Shown one piece after another: positions 46,503-56,084 of a stretch of 64,000 bases of DNA. The notes beneath the pieces are model-generated. The model searched no databases and had not been told where the DNA came from. It saw nothing but the letters and a program-made list of their open reading frames with translations. Positions within the stretch are counted from its first letter, which is position 1, and each line of letters starts with the position of its first letter. The stretch is from a virus (taxonomy: Duplodnaviria; Caudoviricetes), in IMG/VR virus record IMGVR_UViG_3300022074_005559. One strand, written 5' to 3'. Position numbers and translations under genes: made by a program.

Positions 46503-47393
46503 ATGCGTACATTATCAGTATTTACCACCTGGCATCCCACAGGTTATAAGAAATATGGCAAGCAGTTTATTGAGGGATATAATCTAAACTGGCCCAAAGA
46601 AGTTCCTCTTACAATCTATGCAGAGGATCACAGCCCAAGTGTAGAAGGTAATCACAGTATTACTGTACACGACCAACGAACAACCTTGCCAGACCTTAAG
46701 GCTTGGCAAGAACGACACAAAGACAATCCGCATGCACACGGATGGAACAAAGATAAGAGCAAGAAAAGTTTTTTGTGGGACGCAAGTCGTTTTGCAAACA
46801 AAGTATTTGCACTGTGGCATTTTGCAGAACACTGTGATACAGATATCTTCGTCTGGTGTGATGCGGATGTGAGAACACATACACCAATGACACTGGAGTT
46901 TTTACATAGTATTGCACCAAACGAAAATCAACTTGCAACATATCTAGGACGCAAGACTTGGCCCGAGTGTGGCTGGATGATGTTTAATCGTCGTCATCCA
47001 CAGTTTGCGGAGTTAATGGAACAGTGGCGTTGGATTTACGAAAGCGATGATATTTTCAATCACGATGAAAGCCATGACAGTTTTATCTTTGGAGAACTTG
47101 TAGAGGACTTTAAAGCAGTGGGTGTAGAGTTTAATGACCTAGGCGGCGCTGACCAAGGCGGGCATATCTTTATTAACAGTGTACTAGGTGCTTACATGGA
47201 TCACTTAAAGGGCTTTAGAAAAGAAGTAGGCAAAAGTCTTGCAGGCGATATCACTGGTGGTTTTCAGCATAAAGACAACGAATGGTGGCAGGACGTAAGA
47301 CATGTTACTAAAAGTCAAATACAAGCAGAGAAACTTAAAAATCCGCATGAGTACGATGCTACTAAACAAGTGAAATCGAAAGGTATAAAATGA
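46503..47393 (+). CDS. GT-A glycosyltransferase (GT34/GT77-like)
   Basis: RFANKVFAL, WCDADV (DxD), HDSFIF, YMDHLKG; ATG 5 nt after GATAAATA (46490-46497). Confidence 0.75.
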   Translation: MRTLSVFTTWHPTGYKKYGKQFIEGYNLNWPKEVPLTIYAEDHSPSVEGNHSITVHDQRTTLPDLKAWQERHKDNPHAHGWNKDKSKKSFLWDASRFANKVFALWHFAEHCDTDIFVWCDADVRTHTPMTLEFLHSIAPNENQLATYLGRKTWPECGWMMFNRRHPQFAELMEQWRWIYESDDIFNHDESHDSFIFGELVEDFKAVGVEFNDLGGADQGGHIFINSVLGAYMDHLKGFRKEVGKSLAGDITGGFQHKDNEWWQDVRHVTKSQIQAEKLKNPHEYDATKQVKSKGIK

Positions 47394-48163
47394 GTAACCT
47401 AAGTGTATTACAAAACATAACAGAAGTGCGCAGCGATCCATTTCCATATGTGTGCGTGGAAGGCGCAATGCCTGATAGATTTTACAGAGAACTAGAAGCA
47501 ACATTTCCAGAGGATATGATTGTTAATAATACACAGCCACATGATGGCGGTATTTGTTATCGCTTTAAATGTAAAGAAGCAACTATGTGGCAACCGCCTG
47601 CTATTTGGCAAGACTTTTTTGCGTATCACTCAAGCACAGAATACTTTCGTAGTTGTGCAGAACTATTTGCTCCTCACATTGTTGCAGCATATGGTGAAGA
47701 GTTTTATGAAAACTTAAAAACAAAGCCAGTTAGTGTGCGTGATGTTGACCCCAGTGGACACTATGTAACAGACTGTCAGTTTGTTGTGCATGAGCCTGTG
47801 GATCAAACTGGCACTAGTCGTACACCGCATGTTGATAATCCTGTAGAGATTTATGCCGGACTACTATACATGCGCAAGCAAGCAGACATGGCAGAGGGTG
47901 GAAACTTTACAGTACATCGTGTAACAGGAGAAATCACAGAAGTAAATAAGAGCTTGGGCAGACAAGTGGACAACAGTTTGCACGAGCCGGTGTTTGAAGT
48001 ACCTTATCGTGCAAATAACTTTTGTATGTTCCTAAATGTAAAAAACAGTGTACACAGTGTTACACCTCGCATTGCTCCGACAGAGCGCAGACACAGCATC
48101 AACATTATTGGTGAGTTCAACGGCACAGGCAAGATGTGGAAAGTAAAAGAAATCAAATCGTGA
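47390..48163 (+). CDS. 2OG-Fe(II) oxygenase
   Basis: PHVDNP..IYAGLLYM, GGNF, VHSVTP, RHSIN. Confidence 0.8.
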   Translation: MSNLSVLQNITEVRSDPFPYVCVEGAMPDRFYRELEATFPEDMIVNNTQPHDGGICYRFKCKEATMWQPPAIWQDFFAYHSSTEYFRSCAELFAPHIVAAYGEEFYENLKTKPVSVRDVDPSGHYVTDCQFVVHEPVDQTGTSRTPHVDNPVEIYAGLLYMRKQADMAEGGNFTVHRVTGEITEVNKSLGRQVDNSLHEPVFEVPYRANNFCMFLNVKNSVHSVTPRIAPTERRHSINIIGEFNGTGKMWKVKEIKS

Positions 48164-49293
48164 AAGCACATTGTTTAATACCCTGGACTAACATAGACAT
48201 AGGCCCACGTGGACACATGGTGCCATGCTGTAAGTATGAATGTGACAACAGTGAAATGTTAAACATTACAGAAAACAGTGTACAAGATTATGTTGACAGT
48301 GACTTTCTCAAAGATATCAAAACCACTATGCTGAAAAATGAATGGCCCGAAGGTTGCATTCGTTGTCGCACAGAGGAAGAGAATGGTATTAAAAGCAAAC
48401 GAGAACTTGACTACGAGCGTTGGCAAACTCACTATGATGACTACAATGATCAAAAAGGATTTATTACAGCAAGCATAGGCTTCGGTAACACTTGTAACCT
48501 GAAGTGTATTACTTGTAATCCAACAAGCAGTAGTCGTTGGCGCAAAGAATACGCAGACATATATGGCGTAGACAAACCTCCTGTTGAAACAATCAGTCAA
48601 GCTGCTGACGACATTTATGCTAGCATGCCTAATCTCATACACTTGGATGTTATTGGTGGTGAACCTCTTATCAGTGAACCAGAAAAACAACAAGAACTAC
48701 TATTACGTTATGTACAAAGCGGACAAGCAAAAGACATGACACTGCACTATACTACAAATGCACAACAGTTTCCCAGTGAGATATGGTGGGACATTTGGTG
48801 TAACTTTGCAGAGATTGACATGCAGTTGAGCATTGACGCAGTAGGTCCTCGCTATGAATACATACGTCATCCTGCATGCAGTGTAACACTTGAAGACAAT
48901 GTAAAGAGCTGGCAAGAGGCTACACGAGAATATAGTAACCTACGACTTAGTGTAAGTCATACACTAAGCGCATACAACGTTTATTATTTGGATGAGTTTT
49001 TTAGTTGGTGTGAACATTTTGAGTTGCCTAGACCGTGGGTAGGAAGAGTACACACGCCCAAACACATGCGAGTAGATGTATTTCCTATGCAAGTAAAACA
49101 AAATATTATAGAGCATTTGCAGACAAGTAAATACCGAGACGTAAATACTTGGGCAAAGTTTTTATCAAGTAACGACAGCAGCGAATACTATGCAGACTTT
49201 AGGCGTTATACAGATCAACACGATTTATACAGACACACTAACTTTGCAGAAACATTCCCAGAACTAGAAAGGGTTATAAATGGCGTTCAATAA
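48160..49293 (+). CDS. Radical SAM protein with an N-terminal SPASM/twitch domain
   Basis: CLIPW...PCC; CNLKCITC (CxxxCxxC); GGEPL; TTN. Confidence 0.85.
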   Translation: MKAHCLIPWTNIDIGPRGHMVPCCKYECDNSEMLNITENSVQDYVDSDFLKDIKTTMLKNEWPEGCIRCRTEEENGIKSKRELDYERWQTHYDDYNDQKGFITASIGFGNTCNLKCITCNPTSSSRWRKEYADIYGVDKPPVETISQAADDIYASMPNLIHLDVIGGEPLISEPEKQQELLLRYVQSGQAKDMTLHYTTNAQQFPSEIWWDIWCNFAEIDMQLSIDAVGPRYEYIRHPACSVTLEDNVKSWQEATREYSNLRLSVSHTLSAYNVYYLDEFFSWCEHFELPRPWVGRVHTPKHMRVDVFPMQVKQNIIEHLQTSKYRDVNTWAKFLSSNDSSEYYADFRRYTDQHDLYRHTNFAETFPELERVINGVQ

Positions 49294-50095
49294 CATTATG
49301 CAGTTAGCAACTGCTACACTAGTGCAGCAAAATGCTTTTGCTCCTGATGCAACAGTTGTTGAATGGGGTAATCAAAGATTTAGATACAGTGATAGTTGGA
49401 TTGACACATGTGCAGCTGTAAGCGGAAAGACACTGCGTAAACCCACACAGTATGTCTGGGAATACTTTGAAGATCTTGGATTTAGTGATTATCTTGCTAT
49501 TGATATCAACACTGAACTGCGCAGTATTGCAATGGATCTCAACTTTATTCTTAAAGACAAATACAACTACACCCGACAGTTTGACTATGTAACAAACAAC
49601 GGCACAGGCGAACACATCTTTGACCAGCGCACAGTGTTTGAAAACATGCACAACTTGTGCAAAGTTGGCGGTACAATGATAAATGTACTGCCATTTGCGC
49701 CATGGTTTAATCATTGTTTTTACAGTTTTCATCCGCAGTTGTTCCGTGACATTGCCGCTGCAAATGGATACACTTGGCAGTTTATGTGGTTAGCACAAAA
49801 CACAGGCAAGTATGTAGACTGCCCTACAGACTTTGAAAGTTGGACATACTATGAACAAAAAAAGCCTCGCACTCCTGTTAGTGATTTGGAAAAGCATTTT
49901 GATGCCCTTCATAATCGCGAAGGCAAAACTCATAATGTTAGTATTGTTACTGCGTATACTAAAACAGAAGATAAGCCGTTTCAGATCCCGTTCCAAGGAA
50001 GATATGTAAACGATATTGTTGATGATTTGAAGAGCGAGTATAGTGAAACAAACGTAGATGTAAGACAAAAGGATCATACCAGTGCAACTTACTAG
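49280..50095 (+). CDS. Class I SAM-dependent methyltransferase
   Basis: YLAIDIN, FDYVTNNGTGEHIFDQ, GGTMINVLP. Confidence 0.7.
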   Translation: MAFNNIMQLATATLVQQNAFAPDATVVEWGNQRFRYSDSWIDTCAAVSGKTLRKPTQYVWEYFEDLGFSDYLAIDINTELRSIAMDLNFILKDKYNYTRQFDYVTNNGTGEHIFDQRTVFENMHNLCKVGGTMINVLPFAPWFNHCFYSFHPQLFRDIAAANGYTWQFMWLAQNTGKYVDCPTDFESWTYYEQKKPRTPVSDLEKHFDALHNREGKTHNVSIVTAYTKTEDKPFQIPFQGRYVNDIVDDLKSEYSETNVDVRQKDHTSATY

Positions 50096-50660
50096 TGCAG
50101 ATGTATGCCGTATTACATTTGAAAAGTGTATACCGCATATTACAAACTTTACTACAGCAATAGATGTAGGCTGTCGTTATGGACAGTTTACTAGACCTAT
50201 TTTAGAATATTTTGATCATTGTTATAGTTTCGATTACAGGTTGACGAAAGACATGAAGGCGTTGCTAGCAGAAACACTTGGAAAAAAAATAACCTACTAT
50301 GAAACAGGACTCAGTGACAAAGAAGAAACTGCTACGGCATGGGGTGGCGTTATCGTAGAAAACAGACAAGGACACTTCAGCGACAGTAAAAAGATGCAAG
50401 CACATTTAACAACCATGGACAGTTATGGTATACAAGACGTGGGCTTTATTAAGATAGATGTAGAAGGGCACGAGCTCATGGTACTGCGAGGTGCGCTGAA
50501 CACAATAGAAAGAAATAATCCTGTTATTTGCATAGAGCAAAATGATGCTACAGAGAAATGGGGAAAAGGCAAGGAGTTTGAGGCACTAGACTTTCTTAAA
50601 GACATAGGCTACACAGTGGTTGATACAAGAAAGCATGATTACATTATGGTACGCAAATAA
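50082..50660 (+). CDS. FkbM-family methyltransferase
   Basis: AIDVGCRYG, GLSD, FIKIDVEGHELMVLRGA, PVICIE. Confidence 0.85.
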   Translation: MQLTSADVCRITFEKCIPHITNFTTAIDVGCRYGQFTRPILEYFDHCYSFDYRLTKDMKALLAETLGKKITYYETGLSDKEETATAWGGVIVENRQGHFSDSKKMQAHLTTMDSYGIQDVGFIKIDVEGHELMVLRGALNTIERNNPVICIEQNDATEKWGKGKEFEALDFLKDIGYTVVDTRKHDYIMVRK

Positions 50661-51352
50661 TGTTTATTACAACAAATCACGAGCTGGGATTCATACACAT
50701 TCCTAAATGTGGCGGAAGCAGTGTGTATCTAGCATTTGCAGGAGAAGATAAACGCTACAGGAAACGTGCAGACATGCCGTGGGCACCATGGCCCATACAT
50801 AAAGCACACTCAAAATACAGAAGTGCATACCCTTATAAATCAGATAATAAACAACTGCCATTATTTCCACCACCTAAGCAGTGGTTCGCTACAGTGCGTA
50901 ATCCATATGCACGTTATCACACTTGGTTTTACTATCAACAAGAGTGGGATAGAAAACGATACGAAGGCGAACTGCCGTTAAAAGGTGGACTAACAATGGA
51001 AATGCTGGAATGGAGAATGCGTTATTGGGATACTGCAACTCCGCTCGGTGTTATTAAAACGTTTGATACAATCGACAAAGACGACTGTTGGCTATATGCT
51101 GTTGGTAATATTAGAACTCCTCAGTGGATGTGGATTACTGGCAGTGATGCAAAGTGCTTCAAACTAGAAAATATTGATAAAATGTGGACTTGGCTAGAAG
51201 ACATGGGCACACATGTTGAGCCTTTACACAATAAAAAGAACACAGCCAAAAAAGGCACATGGCTAGACCTAGACGAAGAAGTACTAGTGCTTATTCAACA
51301 ACGCTACAAGCAGGATTTCAATAAGTTTAAATATGACATGGTTATTACCTAA
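50660..51352 (+). CDS. Sulfotransferase family 2 protein
   Basis: 5'-PSB FIHIPKCGGSS; 3'-PB VRNPYAR; Y..DF..F.Y terminus. Confidence 0.85.
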   Translation: MFITTNHELGFIHIPKCGGSSVYLAFAGEDKRYRKRADMPWAPWPIHKAHSKYRSAYPYKSDNKQLPLFPPPKQWFATVRNPYARYHTWFYYQQEWDRKRYEGELPLKGGLTMEMLEWRMRYWDTATPLGVIKTFDTIDKDDCWLYAVGNIRTPQWMWITGSDAKCFKLENIDKMWTWLEDMGTHVEPLHNKKNTAKKGTWLDLDEEVLVLIQQRYKQDFNKFKYDMVIT

Positions 51353-52043
51353 TACAGACTTACTGTTTATCCATATTCCTAAATGTGGTGGTACAAGCAT
51401 AAGCAAAAGTTTAACTCGTTGCGCTATTGATTTAACAGTTCCGAGATTTCCACAAAGCACAATAGAAACTATTTGGCCCAAGGATGTTAGAAAAAAAGCA
51501 CCACCTCACATTAAAGTAAGTGAATATATTGCACTGGGATATGATCTAAGTAAGCATCATGTGTTCACACAAGTACGCAACCCTTACACACGATTAGTCA
51601 GTGTATATTATTTTGTTAAACGACAAGACAAAGCAAGAATGCATGGCAGAGACACAGATTTAAAAGCAGATATACAGTTTTACCGCCGGCGTTACACGAT
51701 GTTCAAGCACATGAGCTTCGAAGAGTTTGTTAAGACTTTTTTAGACCGTGATCAACAACCTGATTTAATCAATAAATGGGTAGTAGAAACTACCAGTCAA
51801 CTAGTGTATGGACTTACTCCTCAGTATACATGGACAGATGGACACCCTGTACAAATCTTTAAAATGGAAAAAGCAAACAAAGCAGTAAGGTTTATACAAG
51901 AAAAGATGGGTAAAGAGTTTTTCTATAGACATATGAAATGGCAAAGAATACAAGACTACATGGGACATTACAACGATGAACTCAGAGAACTTGTATATGA
52001 ATACTATAAACAAGACTTTGCGAAGTTTGACTATGCTGCATAA
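51333..52043 (+). CDS. Second sulfotransferase family 2 protein
   Basis: FIHIPKCGGTS; VRNPYTRLVS.Y; YKQDFAKFDY. Confidence 0.85.
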   Translation: MTWLLPNTDLLFIHIPKCGGTSISKSLTRCAIDLTVPRFPQSTIETIWPKDVRKKAPPHIKVSEYIALGYDLSKHHVFTQVRNPYTRLVSVYYFVKRQDKARMHGRDTDLKADIQFYRRRYTMFKHMSFEEFVKTFLDRDQQPDLINKWVVETTSQLVYGLTPQYTWTDGHPVQIFKMEKANKAVRFIQEKMGKEFFYRHMKWQRIQDYMGHYNDELRELVYEYYKQDFAKFDYAA

Positions 52044-52800
52044 AAATCTCAACAATCCTGACAGTAAATGCAACTGGGTAATGAACAGTTTACAAACGGG
52101 TTGGCAAGGACCCGAGCATCATTTCTGGGGTTTTATTGGCAACAATGAACAACAAATAAAAAAACTAACAGCCGAAGGCAAGGACTGGTATTTCTGGGAC
52201 ATGCCATATTATGGAAGATGGAATGGACTTAAACAAGCACTCAATCCTGAACAAGATTTTTATTGGCGGGCAAGCCGTAATCACATACACTATCGTCGCA
52301 CTGAGGACTATCCGGACGATAGATTTAGACAATGGGGTGTACAACCAAAGCCACATACCCCTGGATCCAAAATACTAGTATGTCCTAGCAGTGAAACAAT
52401 GACACGTTGGTGTACTGGTATGGATGTAAAAATGTGGACAAATACCATTGTTACTGCACTGCGTAAGTATACTGATAGATATATTGAAGTTAGATATAAG
52501 CCTCGCAAAAACGGCACAAGCGGTCCTAGTGTTGCAGATATTCCTTTTGCACAGCAATGTGAAAATACGCACTGTGTAGTTACTTGCATAAGTTTAGCGG
52601 CAGTGGAAGCACAACTATTAGGTATTCCAACCATATGTCATCCATACAGTTTTGCAGCGGACATAAGTAGTACTAAGTTAGAAGAAATCGAAAATCCTCG
52701 TCGTGTAGACACACAGCAATGGTTTAATAATCTTGCATACAGCCAGTTTACACATGGTGAGATTGAAAGCGGATTAGCACAAGAGATACTCAATGCCTAA
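52033..52800 (+). CDS. KpsS/KpsC (GT107)-like protein
   Basis: YFWDMPYY, ILVCPS, IEVRYKP, VVTCISLAAVEA.LLGIP. Confidence 0.6.
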   Translation: MLHKNLNNPDSKCNWVMNSLQTGWQGPEHHFWGFIGNNEQQIKKLTAEGKDWYFWDMPYYGRWNGLKQALNPEQDFYWRASRNHIHYRRTEDYPDDRFRQWGVQPKPHTPGSKILVCPSSETMTRWCTGMDVKMWTNTIVTALRKYTDRYIEVRYKPRKNGTSGPSVADIPFAQQCENTHCVVTCISLAAVEAQLLGIPTICHPYSFAADISSTKLEEIENPRRVDTQQWFNNLAYSQFTHGEIESGLAQEILNA

Positions 52801-53719
52801 ACTATATGTGTTTGACACACAGCGAAAAATAACCACAGACGTAACCATTTCATTTGCCAGAGGTGTTGCGCATCATAATAATCTAACACAAGGTCCTTGG
52901 GAAGTTAGACACATTCCTATTCAAAACTTTTTGGACAACGGCATGCCAGGAGATCTTGAACCAGGCGTCGATGCAGTTGCTACACTGGGCATACTTCGTG
53001 GTACAGGACTTATGCTTAAACAAGCAAAACGCCAAGGACTAGATTATTACTATATGGATCATGCTTACTTTAATCCAGGCTATAACGGTAAAGGCTGGAT
53101 GCGTATTAGTAAGAATGGACACAGTTGCCCTATAATCAGAGAATGCGACAAAGATAAATTCAAAGGATTTCATAACAATCACGGACACACTATAGAACCA
53201 TGGCGTACTAATGAACAACGCGGAGATAAAATACTTGTGCTGCCTCCAACAAATGCTGTGGCATGGTTTTTTGATGAACCTGATTGGGCACAAAATACAG
53301 TGGCAGCACTAAAAAATATACTCCCTCCCGAACAACACACGAGAATAGTTGTTAGAAATAAACCAAAAGAACCTGTTGTTGATGCTAGAGGCTTTTTAAA
53401 ACATTTAAAAATAAATGATATGAATGGCTCAACGCCTATCCAACAAGATCTTGAAGATGCGCAGTGTGTAGTTGCTTACAATAGTATGGTTGCACTGCAA
53501 GCAACTATGATGGGTATTCCTGTTATTGCTAGCGAAAACAGTCCTTGTGCTAGGATTAGTTTTGCACTAGATGACATTGCAAATCCTCAAGTGTTCAACC
53601 AAGAACCACAAAATAGACATAAACTTGTGTATTGGTTAGCATACAATCAATGGAAAATCAGAGACATTGAAAACGGCAAAGCCTGGCAAATGTTGCAGGA
53701 GAACTATAGTGGTTTTTAA
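52793..53719 (+). CDS. KpsS/KpsC (GT107)-like protein
   Basis: YYMDHAYF, ILVLPP, IVVRNKP, VVAYNSMVALQA..MGIP. Confidence 0.6.
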   Translation: MPKLYVFDTQRKITTDVTISFARGVAHHNNLTQGPWEVRHIPIQNFLDNGMPGDLEPGVDAVATLGILRGTGLMLKQAKRQGLDYYYMDHAYFNPGYNGKGWMRISKNGHSCPIIRECDKDKFKGFHNNHGHTIEPWRTNEQRGDKILVLPPTNAVAWFFDEPDWAQNTVAALKNILPPEQHTRIVVRNKPKEPVVDARGFLKHLKINDMNGSTPIQQDLEDAQCVVAYNSMVALQATMMGIPVIASENSPCARISFALDDIANPQVFNQEPQNRHKLVYWLAYNQWKIRDIENGKAWQMLQENYSGF

Positions 53720-54719
53720 AACTAATAAGTTAAGAGTTACATCAGAAGACTTCTACGCTAGTATAGATGAAGTGCCTGGTGTAATGGAACTGGCAAGACA
53801 AGGCTTTCATGATGCACTAGCAATGATAAAGCAAAATCTAGACAAACCAAGTTTATGTTTACAAATAGTAGCGACACGTCAGGCAAGTAAAGTAGCTCAC
53901 AGTGAACAAGGCGATATGATTGCTGCATATGGTTGGAAAGTTTGTGAAATATTAGGGCAAGGCAAGGATGGCATAACCTTCTGGGGTTATAGATATGATG
54001 ACGACAGTGAAGAAATGAACATCGTAAAAATACTTACACAATATGCTAAACTGTATAATAACCATACAGAAATATTTAATGCTATTTTGAGGAAATGCCA
54101 AGAAAGAAAAGCTGCTCCACATACTGCTCTCTTGGATCATGTTGTAAAAAACGATTATACAAACTATAAATGTGATCAGGTTTACAAGCACATTAAACAA
54201 GATCGCAAACAAATACACAAAGCATTGAGTAATATATGTAAAATGAATGCTTGGTGTATTGCAAACACAGGATTTGTATTTTGGGATTTAGGTTATAGCA
54301 ACGGACGAAACTTTATGATTGACCGTAAAGGCACAATAAAGTGGGTTGACTATGGCGGCGCTGGTATGCTACAATGTAAGAACTTTAAAGAAATATATGA
54401 CAGTTATAAAGGACTGCCAGTGCTTACACAACAGGCATATCCAGGTAAGTTAAGTCTTGTTGCTGGACGCAGTGATTTTGTATTTTGTCAGTTTTTATTC
54501 AACTATGAGTTTTGGAGTCAACCAAATACAACAGCAGATTTGTACAGCAGCATGCTTCAAGTAAAGAGTGAAGTTATTCCTGAGATAACAAAATGGGTAC
54601 TGCCTAATGTATTGTCTACAAAAATATCTCGCCAACTATATGAGAAGTATAAAGGCTGGGATTGGCTAGATGACAGAACTTGGAAAAGCGTAGGAAAGTT
54701 TTTTGATGCAAACACTTGA
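53709..54719 (+). CDS. Kinase-fold protein (Kdo/RIO/WbdD-kinase-like), GTG start
   Basis: Gly loop LGQGKDGITF, IVK, catalytic loop FWDLG..NGRNFMID, KWVDYG. Confidence 0.7.
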   Translation: MVFKTNKLRVTSEDFYASIDEVPGVMELARQGFHDALAMIKQNLDKPSLCLQIVATRQASKVAHSEQGDMIAAYGWKVCEILGQGKDGITFWGYRYDDDSEEMNIVKILTQYAKLYNNHTEIFNAILRKCQERKAAPHTALLDHVVKNDYTNYKCDQVYKHIKQDRKQIHKALSNICKMNAWCIANTGFVFWDLGYSNGRNFMIDRKGTIKWVDYGGAGMLQCKNFKEIYDSYKGLPVLTQQAYPGKLSLVAGRSDFVFCQFLFNYEFWSQPNTTADLYSSMLQVKSEVIPEITKWVLPNVLSTKISRQLYEKYKGWDWLDDRTWKSVGKFFDANT

Positions 54720-55383
54720 ACGAGCAGACATTGAAAGTATCACATTTGGTGGACACGACAGTCCGATAACACAAGTACGAGGATATCAAAACTATGATAT
54801 CAGTGACGAACAAGTGTTAGCATTAAATAATCCAGGACCAAAGCGTCCATGGGTAGATACAAAAATAAAAAGCAGAGATTTTGAACGTATATTTTTTGAG
54901 ATAAGTCCTCGTAGTTATGCTGACTTTGGCAGTAATCTAGGCTATTATGTTTTCAAAAGCGCACAAGAGTTTGATGTACCCAGTGTAGGTGTAGACTATA
55001 ACCGAGAATACATCGGTGTATGCGAAACAATAAAGCAAAGACACAGTGCGGCATTGGCAACATTTGTAAACACTAACTTAGATACATGGTGCCTGGACTC
55101 AGACCATTATGATTTTATGACAGTGTTTAATGTTATTCATCATTTATACAATCGAACAGAACGCTACATGGACATGGAGAAACTCGTAAACGACTTTGCT
55201 GACAAAGCAAGTGTAATATTATTTGAAGTACCCACAGAAAAAGATAAAAAAGGTCACAAATGGACTATGGATACTGGCTACAGCGAAGCACTGTTTGTAG
55301 AATGTGCAAATGAAATCTTTGCTAGTGTTGAACACATGCCAGGACAAACACAGCATCGTCCTTATTATTTGTGCAAGACTTGA
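54706..55383 (+). CDS. SAM-dependent methyltransferase, WbdD-MTase-like
   Basis: YQ near the N-terminus, ADFGSNLGYY, GVDY...IGVC, YDFM..FNVIHHL. Confidence 0.75.
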   Translation: MQTLERADIESITFGGHDSPITQVRGYQNYDISDEQVLALNNPGPKRPWVDTKIKSRDFERIFFEISPRSYADFGSNLGYYVFKSAQEFDVPSVGVDYNREYIGVCETIKQRHSAALATFVNTNLDTWCLDSDHYDFMTVFNVIHHLYNRTERYMDMEKLVNDFADKASVILFEVPTEKDKKGHKWTMDTGYSEALFVECANEIFASVEHMPGQTQHRPYYLCKT

Positions 55384-55394
55384 AAGGATCCTCA

Positions 55395-56084
55395 ATGAAC
55401 AACATTTATGTAGGCTGGGACAGCCGTGAAGATATTGCATATCAAGTATGCGAACACTCAATACTAAGACGCACATACCGAGAGTTTGTAAATGTAATAC
55501 CACTAAAGCAAAATGATCTACGAGAGCAAAAAGTTTATTGGCGCGAAGTAGATAAACTTGCTAGCACAGAGTTTACATTTACACGCTTTCTTATTCCGCA
55601 TCTAAACAACTACAAAGGACTAGCAGTGTTCTGTGATAGTGATATGGTGTTTTTAACTGATGCACATCATTTGTTTAACAACGGATTTAGAGATACTAGC
55701 AAAGCAGTTTGGGTAGTAAAGCATGACTACAATCCTCCGGAAGGACTAAAGATGGATGGGCAAATGCAGTTGCAGTATCCTCGAAAGAACTGGTCGAGCT
55801 TTATGATCTTTAACTGCGAACATCCTAGTTGTAAGAACTTGGATTTAGAAACCGTAAACAGTGAAACAGGCGCATACCTGCACCGCTTCGAATGGTGCGA
55901 TGATAGCGAGATTGGTGTACTGGGTCCTGAATGGAACTGGCTAGTAGGACATTACAACGAGCCTCAGGATGGTACACCTAAGGTACTACACTACACCGAA
56001 GGTGGTCCGTGGTTTGAAAACATGCGTGATTGCGAATATGATCATGTGTGGAAAAAAGAAGTAATCAACATGTATAGTAGTTAA
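55395..56084 (+). CDS. GT8-like glycosyltransferase
   Basis: VGWDSRE, STEFTFTRFL, FCDSDM, YPRKNWSS, LHYTEGGPWF. Confidence 0.85.
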   Translation: MNNIYVGWDSREDIAYQVCEHSILRRTYREFVNVIPLKQNDLREQKVYWREVDKLASTEFTFTRFLIPHLNNYKGLAVFCDSDMVFLTDAHHLFNNGFRDTSKAVWVVKHDYNPPEGLKMDGQMQLQYPRKNWSSFMIFNCEHPSCKNLDLETVNSETGAYLHRFEWCDDSEIGVLGPEWNWLVGHYNEPQDGTPKVLHYTEGGPWFENMRDCEYDHVWKKEVINMYSS

